From: Dehalococcoidia bacterium
Lineage (GTDB): Bacteria > Chloroflexota > Dehalococcoidia > DSTF01 > RBG-16-68-14
Direction: 5' to 3'
DNA length: 36,293 nucleotides
Assembly (NCBI GenBank): GCA_040882355.1
Contig: JBBEBM010000021.1
Location: 1-36,293, forward strand
Below the pieces are notes generated by a model that was not told the DNA's origin, searched no databases, and was given only the letters and a program-made list of their open reading frames with translations. Positions 8,919 to 18,803 of the stretch are shown one piece after another (the stretch's first letter is position 1; every line of letters begins with the position of its first letter). Position numbers and translations under genes: made by a program.

Positions 8919-9308
8919 GTGATGAACACAATCAACATCCTCCTGGTAGACGACGAACCAACCATCCGGCGAGGGCTGCGCATGCGGCTGGAGCTGGAGC
9001 CTGACCTGAGCGTCATCGGCGAGGCGGGCGACGGCCTCGCCGCTCTCGACTCGGCGCTGGCGCTGGCCCCGAACGTCATCCTGATGGACGTGGAGATGCC
9101 GCGCATGAACGGCATCGACGCCACCCGGGCGCTTCGTTCACAGGTGCCGGCGGCCGCGGTCGTCATCCTCAGCCTGCACGACGATCCCGAGACGAAGTCT
9201 CGCGCGCGCGCCGCCGGCGCCACCGCCTTCATCGCGAAACACGACATCGACGGCGGCTTGCTGGACGCCATCCGGCAGGCCGCAGAACGAACGGAGGAGG
9301 TGCTATGA
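8919..9308 (+). CDS. Stand-alone receiver (REC) domain protein, NarL-type REC
   Basis: ILLVDDE, VILMDVEMP, ILSLHD, FIAK; no output domain; GATACT 6 nt upstream of GTG 8919 (ATG 8922 alternative). Confidence 0.88.
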   Translation: MMNTINILLVDDEPTIRRGLRMRLELEPDLSVIGEAGDGLAALDSALALAPNVILMDVEMPRMNGIDATRALRSQVPAAAVVILSLHDDPETKSRARAAGATAFIAKHDIDGGLLDAIRQAAERTEEVL

Positions 9309-9382
9309 GTGCGCGCCATTAGTCACGAGCACCTCCGAAGCCAGAACTCGAATCAACCAGAGACTGAAGGGAGACAGAGACC

Positions 9383-10141
9383 ATGGCACTACCGTTCACA
9401 GCCCAAGCAAACAAGGAGTCGATCGTGCAAGAGGTGAGGCCGGGTACGACCCAGACCGACAACATCATCGAAGTCGATGACGTGGTGAAGACCTACACCA
9501 GCGGCAACGTTCAGGTACGAGCCCTGAACGGCGTCTCGCTCCGAGTGGCGCGCGGCGAGATGCTCGCCATCATGGGCCCGTCCGGCTGCGGCAAGACCAC
9601 GCTGCTCAACTGCATCAGCGGCCTGGACCGCATCGACGGCGGCACCGTCCGCATCGAAGGCGTCGACCTGGCGACGATGAACGACCGGCAGCGCACGAGC
9701 TACCGGGCGCACAGCATGGGCTTCATCTTCCAGACCTACAACCTGCTGCCCGTGCTCTCCGCCGTCGAGAACGTCGAGCTTCCGCTCGTCGTCTCCGGCG
9801 TCGGCACCAGCGCTGCACGGAAGCGGGCGCTGGCGGCGCTCGACCGCGTCGGCCTGGCCGACCGGGCGAAGAGCTGGCCCTCGCAGCTCTCGGGTGGCCA
9901 GCGCCAGCGCGTCACCATCGCCCGCTCGCTCGTCAATGACCCGGCGATCGTCTGGGCGGACGAGCCTACGGGCGCGCTCGACTCGAAGACGGCGAACGAG
10001 ATCATGATCCTGATTGAGACGCTCAACCGCGAGCAGGGCCAGACTTTCGTCATCGTCACCCACGACAACGGCGTCGGCCGCCGCTGCCACCGCCTGGTGC
10101 GCATGAGCGACGGCGAGATCGCCGGCGAGGAACGGAACTAG
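9383..10141 (+). CDS. ABC transporter ATP-binding protein (LolD/MacB-type)
   Basis: [38 protein letters not shown]. Confidence 0.95.
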   Translation: MALPFTAQANKESIVQEVRPGTTQTDNIIEVDDVVKTYTSGNVQVRALNGVSLRVARGEMLAIMGPSGCGKTTLLNCISGLDRIDGGTVRIEGVDLATMNDRQRTSYRAHSMGFIFQTYNLLPVLSAVENVELPLVVSGVGTSAARKRALAALDRVGLADRAKSWPSQLSGGQRQRVTIARSLVNDPAIVWADEPTGALDSKTANEIMILIETLNREQGQTFVIVTHDNGVGRRCHRLVRMSDGEIAGEERN

Positions 10142-10174
10142 CGCTCGCCGCCAGGCGAGAGAAGGAGAAGGACG

Positions 10175-13100
10175 ATGCAAGAGGTATTCGGAATCCCGAT
10201 GTCAACCATCATGTTCGTGGTCGTGGCGATCTTCGCCCTGAGCCTCCTGAGCGTCGCGTACATCTTCATCTCGAATCGTGTCATGTTCAAGATGGGCCTG
10301 CGGAACCTGCCCCGGCGCGGGCTCCAGACCGGCCTGGTGGTGATGGGCCTGATGCTCGCGACGCTGATCATCACAGCCGCATTCACCACAGGCGACACCG
10401 TCGACTACTCGATCAGCAACCTGGCGTACGACGATCTCCAGCGGAGCGACCTTGGCGTCACCTTCGCGGACGTAGACGAGGACAAGGGCGGCGACCCAGT
10501 GTACTTCTCAGACAGCATCGCCGACGGCCTCGAGTCGCGCTTCGCGAACGACCCCGACATCGAGGGCTATCTGCCCTTCCTGTTCGAGCCGGTGGCCGCC
10601 AGCAACGAGCGCACCGGGCTCTCCGAGCCGGCGGTGACGCTCGCCGGCATCGACCCGCAGCGGCTGGCCGCGCTGGGCGGCCTGCGGGTCGCCGGCGGCG
10701 GTGCGGCGGACCTGGCGAGCCTGGGCGCGGACGAAGTCTTCCTCACCGAGGCGACGGCCGACGAGCTGGACGCGGAGGCGGGCGACACGATCAACGTCGT
10801 TGTTGAGGAACAGGCGCTGCAGCTCACCGTTGCCGGCATCGTCAAGGACGAGGTCGCGAGCGGCGGGCGCGACGTCTTCAACGACCCGAACGGCCCCGGC
10901 GGCGCCGTCGTTTCGCTGGCGACGGCGCAGCAGCTCACGGGCCATGAGGGCCAGATCAACTACCTGACAGTCGCGCTCAAGGGCGGCGTCCGCGACAGCT
11001 ACAGCCACTCCGATACCACCGCTGCTCGACTGGAGCCCTTCCTGCAGAGCACCGAGGGCGCGGCACTGCTCGGCGTGACCAGTCACGTCGCTGAGGTCGA
11101 CACGATCAAGCAGGACGCCGTCGAGGAAGCCGAGCAGTTCGGCAACCTGTTCCTGACCTTCTTCATGGTGCTCGGCCTGTTCTCCATCGCCGCCGGCATC
11201 ATGCTCATCTTCATGATCTTCGTGATGATGGCCGCCGAACGGAAGCCGGAGATGGGCATGGCGCGTGCCGTCGGCGCGCAGCGCAGCAACCTGGTACAGT
11301 CCTTTGTCTCAGAGGGCATGGCCTACAACCTCATCGCCGGGGCAATCGGCGCCGCGTTGGGCGTGGGCGCGGCGATCGCGCTCGTCGTCGGCGCGCTCCG
11401 CTTCGGCTTGGGTGACGGCGGATCGTTCATCACCGGCCACGTCACCGCGCAGTCGATCATCATCAGCTACTGCCTGGGCGTTGTGATCACGTTCGTGACC
11501 GTCGTAATCTCGTCGGTCCAGGTCAGCTCCGTCAACATCGTTGCCGCCATCCGCGGCACCCCAGAAGACGAGACGCCACAGCCCCGCCCGAAGACGAGCT
11601 GGCGGTGGGTGCTGGCCGGTATTCCGGCCCTGATCGTCCCGCCGTTGGGCCTCTGGCTCACGCTGCGCAAGGGCTTCGGTATCTCGTGGGCGTGGATCCT
11701 GAGCGTGGCCGGCGTGCTGGTCGGCGGGCTCTGCATCCTGATGGCCAAGTCGAACGGGTCCGAGTTCCTCTTCTCGCTCGGCTTCTCCATCCTGCCTCTT
11801 TCGGTCGCGGCGCTCGCGTCGCACTACCGGGCGCCGGCTCGGCTCATCTGGACGCTCGTCGGCGTGTGCCTCGCGGCCTACTGGCTCTCGCCGGTCAACG
11901 TGAGCGAGAAGCTGCTCGGACGCGAGATGACGGGCGACATCGAGATGTTCGTGGTCTCCGGCCTGATGGTCGTGATCGCGTTCACGCTGATCATTGTCTA
12001 CAACGCCAGCTTGCTCACGGCACTGTTCCACACGAACGGCCACGGTCGCTACCGCGTGACGCTGCTCGCGGGCGCCGGTGCGGTCGGGCTGGCGTCGGCA
12101 GGGGCCGCGCTGGGCGACGCGGCCGACGGCCTGGGCCAGCTTTGCTACCTGGGCGCGGGCCTGCTCGCCATCGTGGCAGGCTTCGCCTTCGCGGCGGTGC
12201 GCTTCCCGCGGCTGGCGCCCGCCCTCAAGATGGGCATCGCTTACCCGCTCTCGAACCGGTTCCGCACGGGCATGACGATCGCGATGTTCTCGCTGATCAT
12301 CTTCTCGCTGACCACGTTCAGCGGCGTCAACGCCAACTTCGCTCAGATCTTTTCCGGGGACGACGCCAAGAGCGAGTGGGACGTGATCGTTGACGCCAAC
12401 CGCAACAGCACGCTGCCGGACCTGGCCGCTTCGCTGGGCGCCGCCGGCGCCCCGGTGGCGGACGACATCGAGACCGTTGGGCGTGTGTCGGTGTTCACGG
12501 GCTCGCAGGAGGTGCGGGAGCCGGGGGCAGACAGCGAGTGGCAGTCCTACCCGGTGATCGCGGCGGACCAGAGCTTCCTCGGGCTCACCGGCGACAAGCT
12601 GGCGGCGCGCGCCGACAGCTACCCGAGCGACCTGGCGGCGCTGGAGGCTGTTCGCGCGCAGTCGAACCTCGCGTTCATCGACTGGCCGGCGACCTCCGAC
12701 AACAACGACGACGCGTACGACTGGCAGCCCGACGTCGACGTCGAGGACAAGCGCTTCGAGGCGTTCGACGTTGAGGTGCGCGACCTGACCAGCGGCCGCG
12801 CCAGTGTTGTCACGGTCATCGGCGTGCTGCCCGTCAAGCTGGACTGGAGCACCGTGGCCGGCGTCTACGTCAACGAGACGGCGTACGCCGAGGTCTTCGG
12901 CGCGCCCGAGTACCAGCGCGCCTACGTCAAGCTCGTGGACGGCGCCGACGCGAAGGACGCGGCAAAGGGCATCGAGTCAGCGCTCGCCGTTGAGGGTATC
13001 CAGGCGGACTCGATCCAGAAGCTGATCGACGACGTGGCCGCGCAGGACGCGGCGTTCACGCGGGTGTTCCAGGCGTTCATGGCGCTGGGGCTCTTCGTCG

Positions 13101-13456
13101 GCATCGCCGCGCTGGGCGTGATCGCCTTCCGCTCCGTCGTCGAGCGGCGCCAGCAGATCGGCATGCTGCGGGCGATCGGCTACCAGACGGACACGGTCGC
13201 GCTGACGTTCGTGCTGGAGTCGAGCTTCGTCGCCGTGATGGGCATCCTCTCGGGGGTGGTCGGTGGTGTGGTCGTGACGCGCAACCTGTTCACCATCGGA
13301 CTGTTCTCCGGGCAGGGCAGCGGGTCGTTCATCATCCCGTGGACGGAGATCATCCTGTTCGCCGTCGTGTCGTTCGTGGTCTCGCTCGTGATGACGTGGT
13401 GGCCCAGCCGCAGCGCGGCGCGCGTGCCCGTCGCGGACGCCCTGCGCTACGAATAG
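10175..13456 (+). CDS. ABC transporter permease with two FtsX/MacB-type repeats
   Basis: Two FtsX motifs (AERKPEMGMARAVGA; VERRQQIGMLRAIG), two large extracytoplasmic domains, C-terminal ADALRYE. Confidence 0.92.
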   Translation: MQEVFGIPMSTIMFVVVAIFALSLLSVAYIFISNRVMFKMGLRNLPRRGLQTGLVVMGLMLATLIITAAFTTGDTVDYSISNLAYDDLQRSDLGVTFADVDEDKGGDPVYFSDSIADGLESRFANDPDIEGYLPFLFEPVAASNERTGLSEPAVTLAGIDPQRLAALGGLRVAGGGAADLASLGADEVFLTEATADELDAEAGDTINVVVEEQALQLTVAGIVKDEVASGGRDVFNDPNGPGGAVVSLATAQQLTGHEGQINYLTVALKGGVRDSYSHSDTTAARLEPFLQSTEGAALLGVTSHVAEVDTIKQDAVEEAEQFGNLFLTFFMVLGLFSIAAGIMLIFMIFVMMAAERKPEMGMARAVGAQRSNLVQSFVSEGMAYNLIAGAIGAALGVGAAIALVVGALRFGLGDGGSFITGHVTAQSIIISYCLGVVITFVTVVISSVQVSSVNIVAAIRGTPEDETPQPRPKTSWRWVLAGIPALIVPPLGLWLTLRKGFGISWAWILSVAGVLVGGLCILMAKSNGSEFLFSLGFSILPLSVAALASHYRAPARLIWTLVGVCLAAYWLSPVNVSEKLLGREMTGDIEMFVVSGLMVVIAFTLIIVYNASLLTALFHTNGHGRYRVTLLAGAGAVGLASAGAALGDAADGLGQLCYLGAGLLAIVAGFAFAAVRFPRLAPALKMGIAYPLSNRFRTGMTIAMFSLIIFSLTTFSGVNANFAQIFSGDDAKSEWDVIVDANRNSTLPDLAASLGAAGAPVADDIETVGRVSVFTGSQEVREPGADSEWQSYPVIAADQSFLGLTGDKLAARADSYPSDLAALEAVRAQSNLAFIDWPATSDNNDDAYDWQPDVDVEDKRFEAFDVEVRDLTSGRASVVTVIGVLPVKLDWSTVAGVYVNETAYAEVFGAPEYQRAYVKLVDGADAKDAAKGIESALAVEGIQADSIQKLIDDVAAQDAAFTRVFQAFMALGLFVGIAALGVIAFRSVVERRQQIGMLRAIGYQTDTVALTFVLESSFVAVMGILSGVVGGVVVTRNLFTIGLFSGQGSGSFIIPWTEIILFAVVSFVVSLVMTWWPSRSAARVPVADALRYE

Positions 13457-13485
13457 GTCGACCCTGACTAGGAAAGGAAAGGAAA

Positions 13486-13522
13486 GGAGGGGGGGGGTCC
13501 CGATTGGGGACCTCCCCCCTCC
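13486..13522. terminator. GC-rich 16-bp hairpin after the permease, preceded by (GGAAA)3
   Basis: GGAGGGGGGGGGTCCC-GATTG-GGGACCTCCCCCCTCC; no U-tract on the + strand. Confidence 0.55.
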
Positions 13523-13761
13523 AGTGCCAGGCGCACGACAAGGGCAGGACCGCATGCCGGCGATGCGCGCATCCACGCCCCAGAGGAGTTCCGGCCTTCG
13601 CTGAATCATCTGGAACTCGCCGAGCGCCGCCTCTCCCGCTGCCGCTCACTCGGCGACGGGGCCCGGTGCACTGGTCCTGCTGGCTGGTCCGTGCGCCGCA
13701 CCGCTCCGTTCGCGTATGATCTCGGACGTGAGTAGACAGGCAAGGGCCCGAAGGCGTCCGG

Positions 13762-14361
13762 ATGACGACTGATCCTGCAAACCGCTGGCTTCGTGAGCGA
13801 AACGTCGCCGGCGACGCCTACGACGCGACGTACGAGCGCCGCAGCGCCGCCGGTGAGCATGTCCACGGCGAGGCTGATTTCGTGCAGTCGTTCGCACCCG
13901 CGTCCGTGCTGGACGCCGGCTGCGGCACGGGTCGCGTCGGGCGCGAGCTCGCCCGTCGCGGTCTGGACGTGGCCGGCGTGGACATCGACCCGGAGATGCT
14001 CGCCACGGCCAGGCGAAAGGCGCCCGACGTCGACTGGCGCTTGGCCGACCTCACGAGCGTCGACCTCGGCCGGTCGTTCGACGCCATCGTGCTGGCGGGT
14101 AACGTGATGATCTTTCTCTCGCCGGGGACCGAGAGCGCCGCTCTCACTAACCTCGCCCGGCATCTACGTCCAGGCGGGCTGCTCATCGCCGGATTTCAGA
14201 TCATCCCAGGGCGGCTGAGCATCGCGCGATACGACGAGCTTGCCGGGCTCGCCGGCCTCGGGCTCGTCGAACGATGGTCGACGTGGGACCGCGACGCGTG
14301 GGGTGAGGCGAACGACTACGCCGTCTCCGTGCACTGCAAGGGCAACCCAGAGCAGCCCTGA
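13762..14361 (+). CDS. Class I SAM-dependent methyltransferase
   Basis: VLDAGCGTG, GVDID, FDAIV, HLRPGGLL. Confidence 0.9.
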   Translation: MTTDPANRWLRERNVAGDAYDATYERRSAAGEHVHGEADFVQSFAPASVLDAGCGTGRVGRELARRGLDVAGVDIDPEMLATARRKAPDVDWRLADLTSVDLGRSFDAIVLAGNVMIFLSPGTESAALTNLARHLRPGGLLIAGFQIIPGRLSIARYDELAGLAGLGLVERWSTWDRDAWGEANDYAVSVHCKGNPEQP

Positions 14362-14552
14362 CCGTGTCGCCCGGCTCGCCAGGGCCTATCACCGCTGCCC
14401 AGGGCCGGGCCGGGGGCCTCCTTCGACTGAAGCTATGCTCCTTTCGCACGCAGTCACATTTCACCAGAATCACTCCCGCCCGCAAGTGAGGACAGCTCCA
14501 TGTTTCACCTGGGCTCAACCCCGTGGAGCGCCGTCTGCTGTAGCCTCTAGCG

Positions 14553-16169
14553 ATGACGTTTCTTGCCGTGTTGGCCCACTCGCCCGCGACCGGGTTGAAC
14601 GGCGGGGTCGCGATCGCGGCGGCGCTCGTCGTGCTGCTGCTGGGCTGGCGAACGGTGGGCGCGGCGTTCGCGGCACTGTGCGCGGCGCTCGCGATCGCCG
14701 CCTTCGTCATCATCGGCAGCCCCGCGAGCGCCGTAGCCATGGCCACGGTGCTGGCCGGCCTGACCGCGCTCGGCTGGCCTTCGACGACGGACTTCCGGCG
14801 CTCCGCCGGGCCCTTCGCGCGAGAGTGCCTGCTTGTCGGCGGAGGCCTCGCCGTCTACACGGCCCTCCGCTTGATCGAGTCCGACGCCGAGCCGGCGTTG
14901 GCGAACGCCACTCGCCTCATCGCCTTCGAGCGATCCGCAGGGCTCTACATCGAACCAGGACTGCAGGACTGGGTGCTGCGCTCGGAGCTGCTCACGAGAG
15001 CGCTCAACTGGGTCTATTCGTTCTCCTTCCTGGCGATCACGGCCGGGGCGCTGCTCTGGCTCTGGTTCGTCGATGAGCGAAACTACCGGCTACTGCGAAA
15101 CATGCTCGGCGTGTCCGCTCTGCTCGCCATCATCACCATTGCCGTCTTCCCGGTCGCGCCGCCCCGGCTGGTCGAAGGGTCCGGCATGGTGGATACCGTG
15201 GTGCTGTTCGGCCGGCAGCACTCGTTCGCTAACGAGTTCGCGGCCGTGCCCAGCCTGCACGTCGGCTGGATGGCCGCGGTGGGCTACGCGCTCGCTCTGA
15301 CCCTGGGCGGCCGGCGCGCCTACGTCGTCGGCGCGCTGCCGGCTGCGCTCATGACGATCACCGTGATCGCGACGGGCAATCATCTCTGGATCGATGGCGC
15401 GATCGGGATCGCCTACGCACTCGGCGCAGCGCTTGTCTTGTCGCGCCCGTCGCCGGCGTCTGACCTGCGACGCTCGCTCGCCTTCGCCGGGCGCTGGACG
15501 CAGCATTTCGCGATGTCGGCGGGCCGGCCTGCGGCATCCGTCGCGACGAACGGCCGCGCGCGATTCACGCTCCTGGCGCTCGGCGGGCTCCTAACGTATC
15601 TGATCGCCGAGCAGATCGTGGACCCGGGGTTCACGGACTTTTGGGGATACCTGCTCGGCCAGGTGGCTGTCGCTCTGGCGTTGCTGGTTGTGTTCGAGGT
15701 GCTGTTCGAGCGCGAGGGCGGTCTGTCGTGGCTCACGCATGTGGTCGGCGTCGCCTGCTGTTACGCGGACGTCCTCGGCACGGACGGCAACCTGTACGCG
15801 GCGATCAACGAGTATGACAAGATCACGCACTTCGCCGGCGTAGCGGCGGTAACGGCCGGCGCGTACGACTGCCTGCGGGCGCTCAATACCAGGAACCGCG
15901 CCTCGCAATCGCCCACCTCAAGGCTCTGGCTGTCCGTCACGGTCGGCGTCGCGATCGGTGTCGGCTGGGAGATCTACGAGCTGCTCGGCGACAAGGTCTT
16001 CCACACGGCCCGAGTGTACGGCCCATGGGACACGCTATCCGATATCGTTTCGGACGCCATGGGGGCGCTGTCGGTGGCACTATTGCTCTGGCTGGCCGAA
16101 CAGCAGCGCGCGCCCGCCTCCCAGGCGATGGAGGCGAGCGCGCCAGAGCGGGCCGCTGGAGATCGTTGA
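14553..16169 (+). CDS. PAP2 (AUR1/IPC-synthase-like) membrane protein fused to a DUF2238/VanZ-like membrane domain
   Basis: FPVAPPR, AAVPSLHVGW, ATGNHLWID; C-terminal YDKITHF...GVGWEIYE...DTLSDI; TAGCCT 6 nt before ATG. Confidence 0.8.
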   Translation: MTFLAVLAHSPATGLNGGVAIAAALVVLLLGWRTVGAAFAALCAALAIAAFVIIGSPASAVAMATVLAGLTALGWPSTTDFRRSAGPFARECLLVGGGLAVYTALRLIESDAEPALANATRLIAFERSAGLYIEPGLQDWVLRSELLTRALNWVYSFSFLAITAGALLWLWFVDERNYRLLRNMLGVSALLAIITIAVFPVAPPRLVEGSGMVDTVVLFGRQHSFANEFAAVPSLHVGWMAAVGYALALTLGGRRAYVVGALPAALMTITVIATGNHLWIDGAIGIAYALGAALVLSRPSPASDLRRSLAFAGRWTQHFAMSAGRPAASVATNGRARFTLLALGGLLTYLIAEQIVDPGFTDFWGYLLGQVAVALALLVVFEVLFEREGGLSWLTHVVGVACCYADVLGTDGNLYAAINEYDKITHFAGVAAVTAGAYDCLRALNTRNRASQSPTSRLWLSVTVGVAIGVGWEIYELLGDKVFHTARVYGPWDTLSDIVSDAMGALSVALLLWLAEQQRAPASQAMEASAPERAAGDR

Positions 16170-16375
16170 GGGCCGCCTCGGCCGCCCTGCCACTCAGCCG
16201 ATAAGCTCACACGTTCTGCTCTCCTCGCCCTTCGATGAGCCGCGCCTCCGCTAGATGGGCGCACCTGGCTGGCGGGTGCCATTTGGTGGATGCAGGCATC
16301 TATCAGCATGCCGAGAATTGACACAGGAGCGTGTCCTCGCGACGCGCCTCCAAGCGTGCGTATCGGAAGGTCTTG

Positions 16376-17719
16376 ATGGGACAACCAGCGGCGCCCGACA
16401 CAGGCAAACGCTCTCTCCGAGGGCGGCCGTCCATTCGAGCGATCGGTGCGATCGCGGGCGGCTTGGCTTTGATTGCCACAGCGGTCCTCATCGCCGTGAC
16501 ATACGTGGGCTGGCAGGAGCGTTCCCACAGCTTCCGCGTGGTAGAACGCGAGCAGGATATGGCGCGCTTCTATGCAGACGGGCGGACGGCTGCTATCGGG
16601 CAGGGCGCGGCCGGGCTCTCCTACTTTGTGTTCGGCGAAGCCAAGTACTTAGACGACCTCGATATCTCAAAGGAGAATCTCAAGATAGCGGTTCATGGCC
16701 TGGTTGGCACGGCTCCAGCAGTTGGCCCCGAGGAAGCGCAGCGGGCCGACGAGATTCACGTCGCAAGCGACCGATTGGATGCGGGACTAGAAACGTTTCT
16801 CGATAGACTGGAACAGGGCGACGGAGAAGGGGCACTCCAGCTCGTGGCCGAACAGGACATCGAGGGCCAGTTCCGCCGCTTCAACGATCAACTTGAACTC
16901 GCAGCCGATGATGCTCATGTGCGCCTTGAAGCGGCCCAACAAGCCAATTCGGCGACCCAGGCCAGGTGGTCCAACATCACCATTGCGGTCAGCGCGATCT
17001 GGGCACTCATGACGCTCATCTCAACAGCCGTGCTCTTACAATGGGTCGCACGTCCCGTTGCGCGCGTGGCGCGAGCCGCGCACGCGCTCAAGGCAGGTGA
17101 CCTCTCCATCCGGGTCACGGCGGACGGCCTGCGCGAGACCCACGAGCTGGCGACCGCTTTCAACGCTATGGCGGCCCGCGTTCAGGAGTCGACCGAACAG
17201 CTCCGCGTCGCGGCGACCACGGACGATCTTACAGGGATCCCCAATCACCGCTCGCTCATGGAGACGCTCGACCGTGAGATCGAACGGAGTATTCGGTACC
17301 AGCACCCCTTGACCGTGGTGATGATGGACATCGACGCCTTCAAGCACTTCAACGACGCCTACGGGCACCAGGCCGGCGACGATGTGCTACGACAAGTAGC
17401 AGACCTTCTGCGCTCGTCGACGCGGAACGTCGATATCATGGGACGCTACGGTGGCGACGAGTTCCTCGGAATTCTTCCGGAGGCCAATCGCACCGTCGCG
17501 ATAGCAGCAGCCAACCGCATACTGCGGGCGTTCACCGAGGCCCGCTTCAGGATCGACGACAGCCACGAAGTGCAGGTTGCGATGAGTCTTGGCATCGCGG
17601 TGTGCCCCGACGACAGCAAGGACAAACGCGAGTTGCTCGCTCACGCGGACATCGCGCTGTACGAGGCCAAGACCGAGGCCGGCAACTCACTTCGCGTGGC
17701 GCGCCGCAGCGCCGCCTAG
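16376..17719 (+). CDS. Membrane-bound diguanylate cyclase (sensor, HAMP, GGDEF)
   Basis: TDDLTGIPN, DIDAFKHFND, RNVD I-site, RYGGDEF; two TM helices; start uncertain (16331 GTG alternative). Confidence 0.92.
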   Translation: MGQPAAPDTGKRSLRGRPSIRAIGAIAGGLALIATAVLIAVTYVGWQERSHSFRVVEREQDMARFYADGRTAAIGQGAAGLSYFVFGEAKYLDDLDISKENLKIAVHGLVGTAPAVGPEEAQRADEIHVASDRLDAGLETFLDRLEQGDGEGALQLVAEQDIEGQFRRFNDQLELAADDAHVRLEAAQQANSATQARWSNITIAVSAIWALMTLISTAVLLQWVARPVARVARAAHALKAGDLSIRVTADGLRETHELATAFNAMAARVQESTEQLRVAATTDDLTGIPNHRSLMETLDREIERSIRYQHPLTVVMMDIDAFKHFNDAYGHQAGDDVLRQVADLLRSSTRNVDIMGRYGGDEFLGILPEANRTVAIAAANRILRAFTEARFRIDDSHEVQVAMSLGIAVCPDDSKDKRELLAHADIALYEAKTEAGNSLRVARRSAA

Positions 17720-17831
17720 ACCGCTTGTTAGCCCTCGACTGCCTGGAGTAAGCTTCCCGCAGCACTGGTTCGGCGCGCTCGCTCGCGGCCGGACCGCCCA
17801 GAGTCGCGAAGAGGCTAGCAGGAGGTCGGAG

Positions 17832-18374
17832 ATGGCTCGTGTGAGGTACGCTTCGTCGGCCGACGCGCAGGGCGACTCGCGAGACGCCCTCGCGGCCATG
17901 GAGCAACAGGGCCTTGAGGTGCTGAATCTCTACCGCGCGCTGGCCAACACGCCGGTGCTCCGCAACTTCCTTCGTCTCGGCAGCTCGCTGCTCCGGCACG
18001 GAGCGCTGGACCCCACACTGCGAGAGATCACTATCCTGCGCGTAGCGCAGGTCACGAACGCTTCATACGAATGGGCCCACCACGTGCCGATCGCGAGGGA
18101 GGCAGGCGTGCCGGACGAACAGATCGACTCGCTGGCAGACTGGCAGACCTCACCGGCCTTCGATGCTCGCCAGCGAGCCGCCCTGCGCTACGCCGAGGCT
18201 GTTGCTACGGTCAGCGTCACGGACGACGTCTTCGACGACGCACGGCAACATCTTGGCGAGCCGGAGATCGTGGAGCTGACACTCGTCGTCGGCTTCTGGG
18301 GCATGGTGGCGCGCGCGTTGACCGCTCTGCAGGTTGACATCGAGCCGGAGTTCCGGCAGTTTGCCCCGGCTTAA
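17832..18374 (+). CDS. Carboxymuconolactone decarboxylase / AhpD-like protein
   Basis: LREITILRVA...YEWAHH motif; GGAGG RBS before ATG 17832. Confidence 0.88.
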   Translation: MARVRYASSADAQGDSRDALAAMEQQGLEVLNLYRALANTPVLRNFLRLGSSLLRHGALDPTLREITILRVAQVTNASYEWAHHVPIAREAGVPDEQIDSLADWQTSPAFDARQRAALRYAEAVATVSVTDDVFDDARQHLGEPEIVELTLVVGFWGMVARALTALQVDIEPEFRQFAPA

Positions 18375-18445
18375 GGCTCATCGGCAGCGGCTAACGCGCT
18401 TGTCAGCCTTCCTCTGCGTGGAGTATCCTTCCCTCAGGATCGCGT

Positions 18446-18793
18446 ATGGTGCTGGAACACAAGCTGATCTTCACGCAGGACGAGGTCTACTGCCCCGTAC
18501 GGGCAACGCTCGCGCTGCTTGGCCAGAAGTGGGTGCCACACATCATCTATACGCTCATGGAAGGCAAGCGGCGCTTCAACGAGCTGGCGACGACCATAGG
18601 CGGCTGCAACTCGCGCACGCTGCGAGATCGCCTGCGCGGGCTGGAGGAGCTGGGTATCGTCAGCAGGCGCATCGTAGCGACGATGCCTCCCTGGGTGGAG
18701 TATGAGCTGACCCAAAAGGGTCGTGAGCTGGCGGAAGCCCTGGGCGGTATTGAAGACTGGGGCCGCCGCTACATGGAAGAGCACGCCTCCTGA
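18446..18793 (+). CDS. HxlR-family winged-helix transcriptional regulator
   Basis: CPV..TLALLGQKW, RRFNEL, PPWVEYELTQKG. Confidence 0.92.
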   Translation: MVLEHKLIFTQDEVYCPVRATLALLGQKWVPHIIYTLMEGKRRFNELATTIGGCNSRTLRDRLRGLEELGIVSRRIVATMPPWVEYELTQKGRELAEALGGIEDWGRRYMEEHAS

Positions 18794-18803
18794 TCTCCTC
18801 GTC

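Noticed and set aside
8798..9319. N-terminal extension making the response regulator 385 aa
   Set aside because: It is antisense to the REC gene; the receiver domain and a -10 element place the start at GTG 8797
9305..9322. Minigene MSARH* behind a strong GGAGGAGG
   Set aside because: Too short to support; the SD-like run is also the Glu-Glu-Val codons of the REC gene
13471..13485. (GGAAA)3 tandem repeat as a contingency locus or CRISPR-like repeat
   Set aside because: Only three short units, intergenic beside a hairpin, no spacers; no CRISPR array or cas operon seen in the window
16170..16375. Riboswitch upstream of the diguanylate cyclase
   Set aside because: Short hairpins are present, but I recognise no c-di-GMP or other aptamer consensus; an Rfam scan would settle it
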